From positions 1 through 64,000 of the IMG/VR virus record IMGVR_UViG_3300009148_000002: a stretch of 64,000 nt of DNA; one strand, given 5' to 3'. A model generated the notes under the pieces. That model ran no database searches, had not been told where the DNA came from, and was given only the letters and a program-made list of their open reading frames with translations. Source of the DNA: a virus (taxonomy: Duplodnaviria > Caudoviricetes). Of this stretch, positions 7,918 through 16,692 are shown in pieces; within the stretch, counting starts at the first letter, position 1, and every line of letters starts with the position of its first letter. The position numbers and the translations under genes are program-made.

Positions 7918-7919
7918 AC
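7902..7919 (-). other. attI-like site
   Basis: Plus strand AAC-AATGA-TTAAAC has the same spacing as AAC-AAGGA-TTATC next to intI. Confidence 0.55.
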
Positions 7920-7980
7920 GAACGCCTGTTCGTTTATTTAAGAAAACAATGCCAACCTTTAGACATGCGGGTGATTTGAC

Positions 7981-8766
7981 GTGAGCGCAGCCTTATCTCC
8001 AATCACGACCAACATTCTTCGCGCTTCCTACGAGCACAAGAAGTTCGCCTTCGGCAACCCGCAGGCGACACAGATCATGTGCCTGATTGGAAGCTGCCGC
8101 ATTGTGCCAATGCTGAACTTCATGCGCGTTTACAACGCGATGCACGGACATCCGTTTGAACTGCTATGTTTCAATCCCGTTGAAATGTGGGACGGTCCAG
8201 GGTGTGAAGTATCGGCTGGCGTGAACAGGATTCTGCAAGGCTTCAAATTCGGCAAGGTGGATTACCTCGTCTGTGAGCACGTCCAGTACTGCGGCGTGCT
8301 AAACACCGTGCGATCCTCAGCGGAGAACGTCTTTGACTCGCTCGCGTGCTCGCCAGGCATGGAGATTCGTTTGCCCAACTGGAATAATCTTCACGTGTTC
8401 GATGCCGAGACGGCCCTGAACGACAAGACGGGTTACGCCAAGCTGGGTCACGCCGAGCGCGTTGCATATCTGCGAGAACAGACGGCCATCCATAAGGCTC
8501 GGTTCCTGTCGCATTGCCGAGAAAGCAGCTTCCAGGAGCTTGAGTCATGGGTTGAGGAACGCTGGCTGACGACGCGGTTGGGTTGGTCGAGTTCTCATCC
8601 GAGCCATCCGCTGATCTGGAAGATGATTGAATGCGTGGCTGGAAAGATTGGCTTGACAATCTCTACTGAAATAGCCAACCATCCACTGTGCGCAATCGAC
8701 ATCTACAAGTCCACGGGCATACCATTGACTAGTGTTGACTACGAATCGAATGGCTGGAAATTCTGA
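7981..8766 (+). CDS. Hypothetical polysaccharide-modifying protein (WcbI-like?)
   Basis: IGSCRIVP N-terminal motif; opens the glycan-enzyme cluster. Confidence 0.4.
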   Translation: MSAALSPITTNILRASYEHKKFAFGNPQATQIMCLIGSCRIVPMLNFMRVYNAMHGHPFELLCFNPVEMWDGPGCEVSAGVNRILQGFKFGKVDYLVCEHVQYCGVLNTVRSSAENVFDSLACSPGMEIRLPNWNNLHVFDAETALNDKTGYAKLGHAERVAYLREQTAIHKARFLSHCRESSFQELESWVEERWLTTRLGWSSSHPSHPLIWKMIECVAGKIGLTISTEIANHPLCAIDIYKSTGIPLTSVDYESNGWKF

Positions 8767-8768
8767 AT

Positions 8769-9083
8769 ATGAATACATGCGATAAGGCGGCGGTCTGCGA
8801 GGAATTGTTAGGCGGATTCGTCGCCACACAAAGGCAGTATCCAAGCGGCCTAGAATATCTGGAAGTGACGCATGGACAAACCAGAATCGGAACGTGCTGC
8901 ATCCAACCTTCTGGTGGCTTCATTGTCATGGGCAAGCGCAAGCCCGTGCCGACGATACGTGCGGCTGTGCTGCAAATGATCGGCGACGAACTGAACAAGT
9001 GCCGCAAGGAAGAAATGCGGTGGCGGAAAAAGCTGACGCACTTCACATCCACTAATCCTCCAAACAAACGAACACCAACATGA
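8769..9083 (+). CDS. Hypothetical protein
   Basis: Operonic ORF. Confidence 0.6.
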   Translation: MNTCDKAAVCEELLGGFVATQRQYPSGLEYLEVTHGQTRIGTCCIQPSGGFIVMGKRKPVPTIRAAVLQMIGDELNKCRKEEMRWRKKLTHFTSTNPPNKRTPT

Positions 9084-9568
9084 TCGAAACGTTAAATTAT
9101 GGCAGCCACCTGCCAGCGCTAATGGCCTGCACGGCTGTATGCGGTGGCCCAGTATTGGAGATCGGGTGCGGAAATTTTTCGACGCCGTGCCTTCACTCGC
9201 TGTGCGCCGTTCTTGGACTTCCTCTCGTCACGACCGAGTTTGATGATAGCTGGCGCAATCAGTTTACGAGCTACATCACCCCGACGCACCAAGTCTTGAA
9301 GCAAACGGACGCACTGTTGAAGGAGTTAGCCACACGGCAATGGGGACTCGTGCTTGTGGATGACCAACCTCAGACTCGAATTGATCGGCTCAATATGTTC
9401 TTCGATTCAGCGCGGTTCGTCCTATTCCATGATTTTAACTTCCCCGACTACAAGGAGAATCTGGAGACGTGGGTTTCGGCCCGCCAATGCTACCATCGGG
9501 TTTACACGCGGGTCGGCCCTTGGACGCTCGGCGTGTCCAAAACCCACCCGATACCAGAGTTCGATTAA
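9080..9568 (+). CDS. Class I SAM-dependent methyltransferase-like protein
   Basis: VLEIGCG motif I; LVLVDD; LFHD. Confidence 0.7.
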   Translation: MIETLNYGSHLPALMACTAVCGGPVLEIGCGNFSTPCLHSLCAVLGLPLVTTEFDDSWRNQFTSYITPTHQVLKQTDALLKELATRQWGLVLVDDQPQTRIDRLNMFFDSARFVLFHDFNFPDYKENLETWVSARQCYHRVYTRVGPWTLGVSKTHPIPEFD

Positions 9569-9571
9569 CCC

Positions 9572-10036
9572 ATGAGTAAAACACTCCCCATTTTAAACGG
9601 TTCATTCGCTATAATCGACGATGATGATTTCGAGCGAGCGATCAAGTTTAGGTGGTATCTTGATAGCAAGGGGTATGCAAAGCGGAACATCAGAAGGAGC
9701 GATGGATATAAGACTATTCAATTTCTCAGCAGGTTCATTATGGATGCCGCTGTCGGTATTCAAGTCGATCACATCAACGGAAACAAGTTAGACAACCGCA
9801 AATCCGAACTGCGATTATGCACGCATCAGCAAAACAACTGAAATAAAGGAAAACAGCGTAATAATAAATCTGGATTCAAAGGCGTAACGTGGAGCAGGCG
9901 GGCGTCGAAGTGGAAGGCTACAATACAGCTTAATGGTAAAAGTATTCATCTCGGCTATTTCACCGACATCCTAAAAGCTGCCGCCGCTTACGCCGCCGCA
10001 TCCCGAAAATACCACGGAGAATTTGCGAGAACTTAA
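9572..10036 (+). pseudogene. HNH-AP2 homing endonuclease with in-frame TGA
   Basis: VDHINGNKLDNRKSELR HNH, TGA at 9839-9841, then the same frame gives an AP2 domain (SGFKGVTW...IHLGYF...AAAAY...YHGEFA) to TAA 10036. Confidence 0.85.
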
Positions 10037-10039
10037 AAT

Positions 10040-10810
10040 ATGAACATCGACAGAGTTTTACTGGTGTGGGATGGGAACGAATTTTATCGTGGATTTTATG
10101 AGATGCACCAAAGGCTCTGGCCAAGGCTCGGCATCAAGACCGGCCTCGTCTTCGTCTCCAACGGCAGCAACGCACACGCCATTCCAAAGACGGGCGACGT
10201 GCGCGTAGTCGAGGATCGCAGCAAGGTCCCGTTTACGCCACCTCCAGGAAGAAACTGGCGTGCGACTATGGGGATAATTCACGGGCCGACGCTGTTCCCC
10301 GGCGAGGTTGTCATGGTCACAGGTTTAGACCAATTTCCCGCGAGCCGAATGTTCATCGACGCAGTGGCGGAAGTCCCTGACAACGAACTGGCGACCGCTA
10401 TAGGAAGCCGCGACCACGTTACCACAAACCATATTTTAGCCCATCACAACGTATGGTCGAAGATCATGGCTCCTGCTCCGATGGACTTCACCGAGCTAAT
10501 CGAATGGGCATGGGCGAAGGGCCTGAACATTGATGGCCACCGGGACGCCAACCAAAAGCCAATCGCAATTGGATGGGGAATAGATGAAGTGCTATTCGCG
10601 CAACTTGTGCGCGAGTCGGGCGTCACCGTCCGAACACTGTTCAAAGACCCTTGGGAGCAATGGCTGAACCGGGTGCTCGGAATCACACAGATAGTGCCAG
10701 ACCCAAAGAAGCTGGCCGAAGGATTTTACTCGGAGCTTCACATCAGACTGCCCATGACGGAACTAGACAGGAAAACATTCAACACGTTGCTGGAAATTCT
10801 CGAACCATGA
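10040..10810 (+). CDS. Putative glycosyltransferase-like protein
   Basis: TGLDQFP (DxD-like) and WGIDEVLF; cluster context. Confidence 0.45.
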   Translation: MNIDRVLLVWDGNEFYRGFYEMHQRLWPRLGIKTGLVFVSNGSNAHAIPKTGDVRVVEDRSKVPFTPPPGRNWRATMGIIHGPTLFPGEVVMVTGLDQFPASRMFIDAVAEVPDNELATAIGSRDHVTTNHILAHHNVWSKIMAPAPMDFTELIEWAWAKGLNIDGHRDANQKPIAIGWGIDEVLFAQLVRESGVTVRTLFKDPWEQWLNRVLGITQIVPDPKKLAEGFYSELHIRLPMTELDRKTFNTLLEILEP

Positions 10811-11001
10811 AAGTGAAAAGCGATTGCTGTCCAAAATGCGGAAAGCAAATGAACTTGGTAATGATGGCTCTCAAGCAACCCGATGGATGTGTTGACGTAT
10901 TGGAATCCTCATCGGTTGGCGCAGTCACATATTGTACCGAATGCGGCACACAATTGATGATAAACGACGAGAAGTCATTCGCAATTGTCGAATACCTGTG
11001 A
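10807..11001 (+). CDS. Zn-ribbon protein
   Basis: CPKC...CTEC; ATGA/GTGA overlaps. Confidence 0.65.
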   Translation: MKVKSDCCPKCGKQMNLVMMALKQPDGCVDVLESSSVGAVTYCTECGTQLMINDEKSFAIVEYL

Positions 11002-11792
11002 GCAACGTTGGCACCATCGTTTACATTCCTCCGCCACGTTACGGCCACGGTGAGGCGTTCCTGACAAATCTCAGGGCGTGGAAAACGAAATATCCACTTG
11101 TCACGTTCTCAGACCACGCCGAATGGACACCGGATCGCGTCATCCAAAGCCCTGATCTAATCAAAACCAAGCAGCGGCCTTGGGCTGTGAACAACTTCGT
11201 GTTTCTGATGGCGCTGTCGATTGCGGAAGACAGTGGATTCACGGATTTCCTATATCTTGAAGAAGATTGCCGCGTGCATGGCCACGAATGGGACGAGAGA
11301 ATAATTGGTGAATATCGTCGCTGGCCGCAAGCCGTTGTGGGCGGCAGTCCGGTGTGCTGGAATTCTATGTCAGCCGGCCCCGTGATGCTCGCTGGGTTTC
11401 AAATCTACGCGGCGAGTTACGTCAGGAAATGCAAACTACCTGTGCCGATATACGGCCTTCAAATTCCAAACCGACCGCGAGTGGAGCGGTTCACACTTTA
11501 CCCAAACGGAGCGATTGCCGTTTACAACGTCGCGTTTTTGAGAGACTTGTTCAAACAAGGCAGCATGGCTAAGCAAGCTTTAGATCGTGGCGCGTTTGAT
11601 ATGGAAGTGGGTTGGGAGTTGGTAAACAAATTCGGACTTGGGTTGTTTAACAAATGCGCGTGGCTGTCTTCGGCTTTTTCGGGCTATGGTGACAACGTGC
11701 TCAATTACAAACAGCGCTGCGCACGGCTGATTGACGGGACGTTTGCCGCCGTGCATCAGATTAAAACTGATGATACATTGCTGCCCGCATGA
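10998..11792 (+). CDS. Putative GT-A-fold glycosyltransferase
   Basis: FLYLEEDCRV DxD-like motif; GTG start at 10998. Confidence 0.55.
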   Translation: MSNVGTIVYIPPPRYGHGEAFLTNLRAWKTKYPLVTFSDHAEWTPDRVIQSPDLIKTKQRPWAVNNFVFLMALSIAEDSGFTDFLYLEEDCRVHGHEWDERIIGEYRRWPQAVVGGSPVCWNSMSAGPVMLAGFQIYAASYVRKCKLPVPIYGLQIPNRPRVERFTLYPNGAIAVYNVAFLRDLFKQGSMAKQALDRGAFDMEVGWELVNKFGLGLFNKCAWLSSAFSGYGDNVLNYKQRCARLIDGTFAAVHQIKTDDTLLPA

Positions 11793-12442
11793 AAACCAAA
11801 CTTCTAAACAACGGCATCATGGTTTTGGACGCTGACTCTCACATTAGTAAGTGGGTAGAGGAAACCGGCAAGTTGGACCACGACGAAGGTATAAAGAAAA
11901 TCTGTTCGCTTATCAAGCCGGGAGACGTTGTGATTGATGTTGGAGCAAACATTGGTAGTCATACAACGGCCTATTTGAAGGCTGTGGGAGATGGCTTAGT
12001 TTACGCAATTGAACCAAACAAAGACCCTCTGGCATGTCTGATTCATAATTGCCCACGGGCTGTAATTATTTCCGGCGCGGCGATGGATTTTTTCGGTCTG
12101 ATTCGGCTTCAGAGGTCCGTTAATGTGGGAGCAACATGCTTAGATAGTCTGCCGGGTTATGACGCAATCTGCTTTCCGATTTCTGATGTTGTCCATGCCT
12201 CTAAAGTAGCCCTGATTAAATTTGACGTTGAGGGTTGCGAAAGGTTCGCCATCCGTGGGGCTTCTCGCATTATCAGTCGCGACCATCCAGTAATGATCGT
12301 CGAGGTTGCGCCCGGACATTTGGCTAGGTATGGCGTAACTACTGAAGCCCTATTGAGGACCATCGAAGATTTAGGATACAAAACAGAACCGCTGCACGCT
12401 TTCGACCCACATCAATACGACCTGCTCTGCACACCAAAATGA
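11789..12442 (+). CDS. FkbM-family methyltransferase
   Basis: VIDVGANIGSHT, AIEPN, LIKFDVEGCE. Confidence 0.92.
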   Translation: MKTKLLNNGIMVLDADSHISKWVEETGKLDHDEGIKKICSLIKPGDVVIDVGANIGSHTTAYLKAVGDGLVYAIEPNKDPLACLIHNCPRAVIISGAAMDFFGLIRLQRSVNVGATCLDSLPGYDAICFPISDVVHASKVALIKFDVEGCERFAIRGASRIISRDHPVMIVEVAPGHLARYGVTTEALLRTIEDLGYKTEPLHAFDPHQYDLLCTPK

Positions 12443-13176
12443 AAACCTCCATCCTGTGCGTTTCGTATCGCGGCGATTTCGACTGGCTGCCGTATTTGCT
12501 GAAGTCATATCGCCAATTCTGCTCAGGGTTTCACGAGTTTGTGATGTCCGTGCCGCAAGCCGATGAATCGCTGTTGAGGCAAATGGACCTAGCTGGCGTG
12601 CGCGTAGTTGTGCGCCATCCAAAGATGACTGGCTATTTCGACCAGCAACTAGAGAAGTGCTGCGCCGATCTCTTGTGTCCAGAGGCCGATTGCGTTTGCC
12701 ATGTGGATTCCGATTGTGTATTTCTGCGTCCAACTACGCCGGATTCTTTATTCGTGGCCAACAAGCCGTTCTTGCTCATCACTCCATTCGCCGAGCTTGG
12801 AAGCGCCGTGCCGTGGAAACCAAGCACCGAACTGGCTCTTGGAATTCCGGTCGAGTTTGAAGGAATGCGTCGGCATGGGTTAACTTATTGGAGAGACACC
12901 TATCAATTGCTGAGAGAGAGAATCGAGACACTGCACGGCGTTGGATTGGACACGTATCTATCGACAAAGCGCAATTCGGCGGACCACACCAAGCTGTTCT
13001 CTGAGTTCAATTGCCTGACAGGGGCGGCGTTTGCGTGGCAGCACGACAAGTATCACTGGATCGACACAAGTAAAGAGACGTTTCCGCCGCCGATTGTTCG
13101 GCAGTTCTGGTCGCACCATAGGGCCAGTCATCCAGACGTTCAAAAAGAGATCGCTGACATTTTGAAAACGGCATAA
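12439..13176 (+). CDS. Putative glycosyltransferase (DUF6492-like)
   Basis: CHVDSDCVF DxD motif; GYFDQQLEK; FSEFN. Confidence 0.6.
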   Translation: MKTSILCVSYRGDFDWLPYLLKSYRQFCSGFHEFVMSVPQADESLLRQMDLAGVRVVVRHPKMTGYFDQQLEKCCADLLCPEADCVCHVDSDCVFLRPTTPDSLFVANKPFLLITPFAELGSAVPWKPSTELALGIPVEFEGMRRHGLTYWRDTYQLLRERIETLHGVGLDTYLSTKRNSADHTKLFSEFNCLTGAAFAWQHDKYHWIDTSKETFPPPIVRQFWSHHRASHPDVQKEIADILKTA

Positions 13177-13352
13177 TTTATGAACAAAAACCTAATACTG
13201 GTTGGAGTTCGGAAGTGGGCAGATGACGCAAGTTTGCCCAGCCCTGCAACGTGGGTGAGAAATCAAGACATTGCGCGAGTCGGCGGCGCTCGGCCAGCTT
13301 TGTCTTGAATAATGAATCGCCGGGCGTGCGTTGCCACGCCCGGCAAACCTTT

Positions 13353-13730
13353 ATGAGCGCGAACAACGGCAACAGCAAAGCACCAAACTTCCAAGCCCTG
13401 CAACATTTCGTCGGGCAGTTGGTCGAGCAGCAAAAGAAAAGTCAGTTTTCGCTTGGGCCGATTCAGCAGCCGAAGCCGCTCATCATTCGCAAGTGTTTGG
13501 TCTGCGGATCGGGCGACAAGCTTCGCCGAACGAAGACTCCGAACGGTTCTGTCTTTCTGTGTCCGGGTTGCCGGACGGATTTGGAATCTGGCGGCACAGC
13601 GTTCGTGTGTCGAGATGGCCGCTCGCTAATGGCCAAGTCCGGCGCTCCGATTAAGGACAGCATGATCGGCAAGATAGTCGAGGTTTCGGTGGCCACGATG
13701 GATGAGCTTGTAAAGAAAGCTGCAATATGA
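13353..13730 (+). CDS. Zn-finger hypothetical protein
   Basis: CLVC...CPGC; start at ATG 13353. Confidence 0.6.
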   Translation: MSANNGNSKAPNFQALQHFVGQLVEQQKKSQFSLGPIQQPKPLIIRKCLVCGSGDKLRRTKTPNGSVFLCPGCRTDLESGGTAFVCRDGRSLMAKSGAPIKDSMIGKIVEVSVATMDELVKKAAI

Positions 13731-14008
13731 AATCCGAGACACCTAGGACTGATTCAGAAACTCCGTGCTTTGGAGACACTCCGGTATCGAGAGACTTCGC
13801 ACGGCAGTTGGAGCGAGAGTTGCACCACGCAAACCATCTTCTCGATTGGGCAGAGAGTATAATTTGTAACGGAATGCCGATGAAGCATTGCTCGCAATCA
13901 GATTGGGATGGATTTGTTCGTAAGTGGAGAGACGCAAAGCACGGCGTCATCACGCCATCGGCCTCACCAGATATTTCGGCTCCAGCTTCCGCCACTCCGA
14001 CGTGCTAA
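13727..14008 (+). CDS. Hypothetical phage protein
   Basis: ETPRTD...FARQLEREL motif common in phage early genes. Confidence 0.65.
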   Translation: MKSETPRTDSETPCFGDTPVSRDFARQLERELHHANHLLDWAESIICNGMPMKHCSQSDWDGFVRKWRDAKHGVITPSASPDISAPASATPTC

Positions 14009-14702
14009 AGTGGCCGGTTAATCCAACGCGCTCCGCTACCCGCTTGTAATCATCCGGCGTGTTCATGTAGCGCCTCAGAAACCTAAACGGCTTGCCAGCC
14101 TCATGCGCCGTGATTTCGTTGAATAAGGTGTGCTTATCTTTCCACTGTTCTTGCATCAGTTTGGCTACTGATATTTCAACCAGTAGTTCGTGCCACTTGG
14201 TTGCCGTTTTCCAGCAGGTGTCGTAGAAGTTTTTGATGAACGAGGCTTCGATTCGTTGCGGCGCGAAGAACATTACGTCGGTCAGATAGGGATAGTGCGC
14301 GAAGCCCTTGTGGCCTTTGATCTGAGCGGGCGGCACGCGGCCCGGCAGTGCGCAGAATATCTTCTCGCCGGCGAATATCTGCTCTGCCTTGGATTTGATG
14401 TCTGGCGATAGGATCAAGAACCTCTGGCTGATTTTGATTGATATGTCCGCGCCGGTTTGCTGGCCGAATGTGATAGCGTTGACGATGGCCTGAACATCGC
14501 CGCCGAAGTGCCCGCGCCGCTCGCGTGATTGGTAGTATGAACAGCCGTGCGCAGCGGTTACGGCTTTGATCTTGGCCGACTCGTAGGATTTGTCATCACT
14601 GACGAGGATCGGGATGTTGCCGAAGACGGCCTTGAGCCAGCGTATGTTGAGATCGACGAAGTGCGGTAACGCATAGCTTCCAAGGCAGGCTGCGAATTTC
14701 AT
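13950..14702 (-). CDS. Putative glycosyltransferase-like protein
   Basis: PILVSDDKS, HFGGDVQAI; GT2-like N-terminus. Confidence 0.5.
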   Translation of the reverse strand: MKFAACLGSYALPHFVDLNIRWLKAVFGNIPILVSDDKSYESAKIKAVTAAHGCSYYQSRERRGHFGGDVQAIVNAITFGQQTGADISIKISQRFLILSPDIKSKAEQIFAGEKIFCALPGRVPPAQIKGHKGFAHYPYLTDVMFFAPQRIEASFIKNFYDTCWKTATKWHELLVEISVAKLMQEQWKDKHTLFNEITAHEAGKPFRFLRRYMNTPDDYKRVAERVGLTGHFSTSEWRKLEPKYLVRPMA

Positions 14703-14872
14703 TCAGGCGCATTGTCTTCAAAAATCATTGCCTGAGAAAAAATTGGCGGGGCGAATTCGGTGTCGCGAACAACACTCACACCACCGCACGGCCTCCATCC
14801 ATCGGAGAGCAATCTATTAACTTCGTCTTCGAGCACAAGCGGTTCTGATTCACTGAGGATTTTGTATTTCAT
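14699..14872 (-). CDS. 57-aa DUF1737-like protein
   Basis: MKYKILSE...LEDEVNRLLSDGWRPCGGVSV...QAM; ATGA-coupled; not in ORF track. Confidence 0.7.
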   Translation of the reverse strand: MKYKILSESEPLVLEDEVNRLLSDGWRPCGGVSVVRDTEFAPPIFSQAMIFEDNAPE

Positions 14873-15140
14873 CTGTCGCTCGTCTCTTTCGTTTTTTAGG
14901 ATTCAGCAATGCGCGAGCGTCGTTGATCGTGCTCCAGTTTAAGTCCTGATGAACCGGGATGCGTGCTGCTGCGACCTCGGCCCATGCGATTGTTCTCTGC
15001 AACATGCTACGTAATTGCCGCTTGTCTTTAGCAAGCGATTTTATTTCGCAGCGGCAAGCAGGACACGCCAAGCAAACGCATTTGCCGTGTGATATTTTCT
15101 CGAAGTGTTTTATTGGAGAATTTCTTGGTGCCGGTGTCAT
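14850..15140 (-). CDS. Hypothetical protein
   Basis: Operonic ORF with CxC-CxxC. Confidence 0.55.
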   Translation of the reverse strand: MTPAPRNSPIKHFEKISHGKCVCLACPACRCEIKSLAKDKRQLRSMLQRTIAWAEVAAARIPVHQDLNWSTINDARALLNPKKRKRRATDEIQNPQ

Positions 15141-15328
15141 AAAAGTTTCATTCCCTCTCTCATCGCCGCGAAGTCCTGTCGATATTCCGGCGTGACGTTC
15201 TCAACGTCCTCGATGCTGTCCGCTTCAAGATCGCGCTTCGTCGATTCGTCCACCCATCTCAACGCGGCATCGAGCGCGGATTTGAGAACCGCGTTCTGCG
15301 CACGAAGCTCTGAGTGGTCAGGATTCAT
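15137..15328 (-). CDS. Hypothetical protein
   Basis: Coupled ORF. Confidence 0.6.
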   Translation of the reverse strand: MNPDHSELRAQNAVLKSALDAALRWVDESTKRDLEADSIEDVENVTPEYRQDFAAMREGMKLL

Positions 15329-15594
15329 TTACACGGCACGATCATTACGTGGAACAATTCGCCCTGAATGCTGTTCGCAATGTGATGCCGCCGCAACTCC
15401 GTCAGCAATCGCGCTTCGCACATCGGCATAGACTCGGATGAGTCGATAGCGAACTCTGCCATGATGACCACTCGCCTTGAAGCCGGCTTGGCAAACCACG
15501 GGTCTGGCGTCGGCAGTGTCCAAGGTTGAGGTTGAGGCGTTGTGGAGCAGCCGCAGAGAAGCATGACCGACATGGCGATTAGGATTCGTTGCAC
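15325..15594 (-). CDS. Putative lipoprotein
   Basis: Hydrophobic N-terminus with lipobox LLCGC; start uncertain. Confidence 0.5.
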   Translation of the reverse strand: MQRILIAMSVMLLCGCSTTPQPQPWTLPTPDPWFAKPASRRVVIMAEFAIDSSESMPMCEARLLTELRRHHIANSIQGELFHVMIVPCK

Positions 15595-16499
15595 GTCATC
15601 TTTCCGAACTCGCGTCGCCATTCGTCGGCAAACTCGCAGTTCTCGTAGCCCGGAATGTTAGGAGTCCCAAGAGTCATGTGTACAAGTTTAGGTCGCTCAA
15701 TCTTCGGACTAACGCCAACGAGATAATTCCACTCCAACGGAAGCTCTCCGATTTCATCGTCCTTCAGCCACTTGAAAGCGTGCAGGTCGCGTCCCGGCCA
15801 TGTGTTCAAGGCTTCGAGCGTGAGGTGCTGGTTGGCTGGGTGGGTAACATTCCACAAGACTACGCTGCTCCAATTCTTTCTGGAGTAGAAAGTCTGAAGC
15901 TGGTTATCCATCTTTTTGATCTCGTCTGGAAATACAGCCTTGCCTGTTTTCTCCACGGCTTGCGGGCCATGCTTCTCGCACTTGATTACCGAAGCTCCCG
16001 CGACGCTTTCCTTGATGAATTTGATCTTGCACCCGCATTTGAGCCAGCCCTCTACGTATCCATACTGGTCGCAATTGTGCTTAACCACTAACACGGCGTA
16101 TTTGTCATCGGCGAGGGCGAACAAGTCGTTGACATCTGCCAAAAGTAAAACGTCGCAATCCACGAACAACGCCCACGCATCGGTCGTGAACGGCTGACGA
16201 AACTTGCTGCCGTCAACGCGACTGAATTCAATATCGTGCAGTTCCGGCTTGTGGATGAAAGGCACGCAGAATCGCGAGATGGCGAACTCAGTGGCCATTG
16301 GCGCTTGGCTTATCGGGCAGTACAGCCGCCCATCTTTCTTCTCAATCGGTCGGGTTAGGATTCCCGCATTGCGCACTTCATCGAGTTTCAGAGGGCGAAT
16401 ATCGACCGACCGACAGGCGCGAGCGCGAATCGAATACTCCGCCACGTCGTAAGCGACTTTCTCCCTAGGATCGTAGCCGATGTAGATGGTGTTGATCAT
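15579..16499 (-). CDS. Glycosyltransferase (GT8-like phage family)
   Basis: IYIGYDPRE, TEFAISRF, LFVDCD (DxD), RKNWSSVVLWN, LHAFKWL, LVHMTLG. Confidence 0.85.
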   Translation of the reverse strand: MINTIYIGYDPREKVAYDVAEYSIRARACRSVDIRPLKLDEVRNAGILTRPIEKKDGRLYCPISQAPMATEFAISRFCVPFIHKPELHDIEFSRVDGSKFRQPFTTDAWALFVDCDVLLLADVNDLFALADDKYAVLVVKHNCDQYGYVEGWLKCGCKIKFIKESVAGASVIKCEKHGPQAVEKTGKAVFPDEIKKMDNQLQTFYSRKNWSSVVLWNVTHPANQHLTLEALNTWPGRDLHAFKWLKDDEIGELPLEWNYLVGVSPKIERPKLVHMTLGTPNIPGYENCEFADEWRREFGKMTCNES

Positions 16500-16645
16500 T
16501 TCCTCATGTAGTCGTGCGATGTCCTGACGATGTGAGATACCGCATTGGCGCTTAATCCGAGCTTGGCTCCGATCTCGCGATTAAGCTTGCCAGCATTTTT
16601 AAGCCTCCAAAGGAGCTTGAATTCCTTAGTCGTTAGTTTCTTCAT
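16496..16645 (-). CDS. 49-aa HTH protein
   Basis: MKKLTTKEFKLLWRLKNAGKLNREIGAKLGLSANAVSHIVR; ATGA-coupled. Confidence 0.65.
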   Translation of the reverse strand: MKKLTTKEFKLLWRLKNAGKLNREIGAKLGLSANAVSHIVRTSHDYMRK

Positions 16646-16692
16646 TCCGGCTAACCTGACTCAACGCCAACCAAAGTCAAGCCGCAATTGTG

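Noticed and set aside
9839-9841. Genome-wide TGA reassignment
   Set aside because: TGA is the normal stop in many ATGA/TGATG gene overlaps, and long genes are uninterrupted
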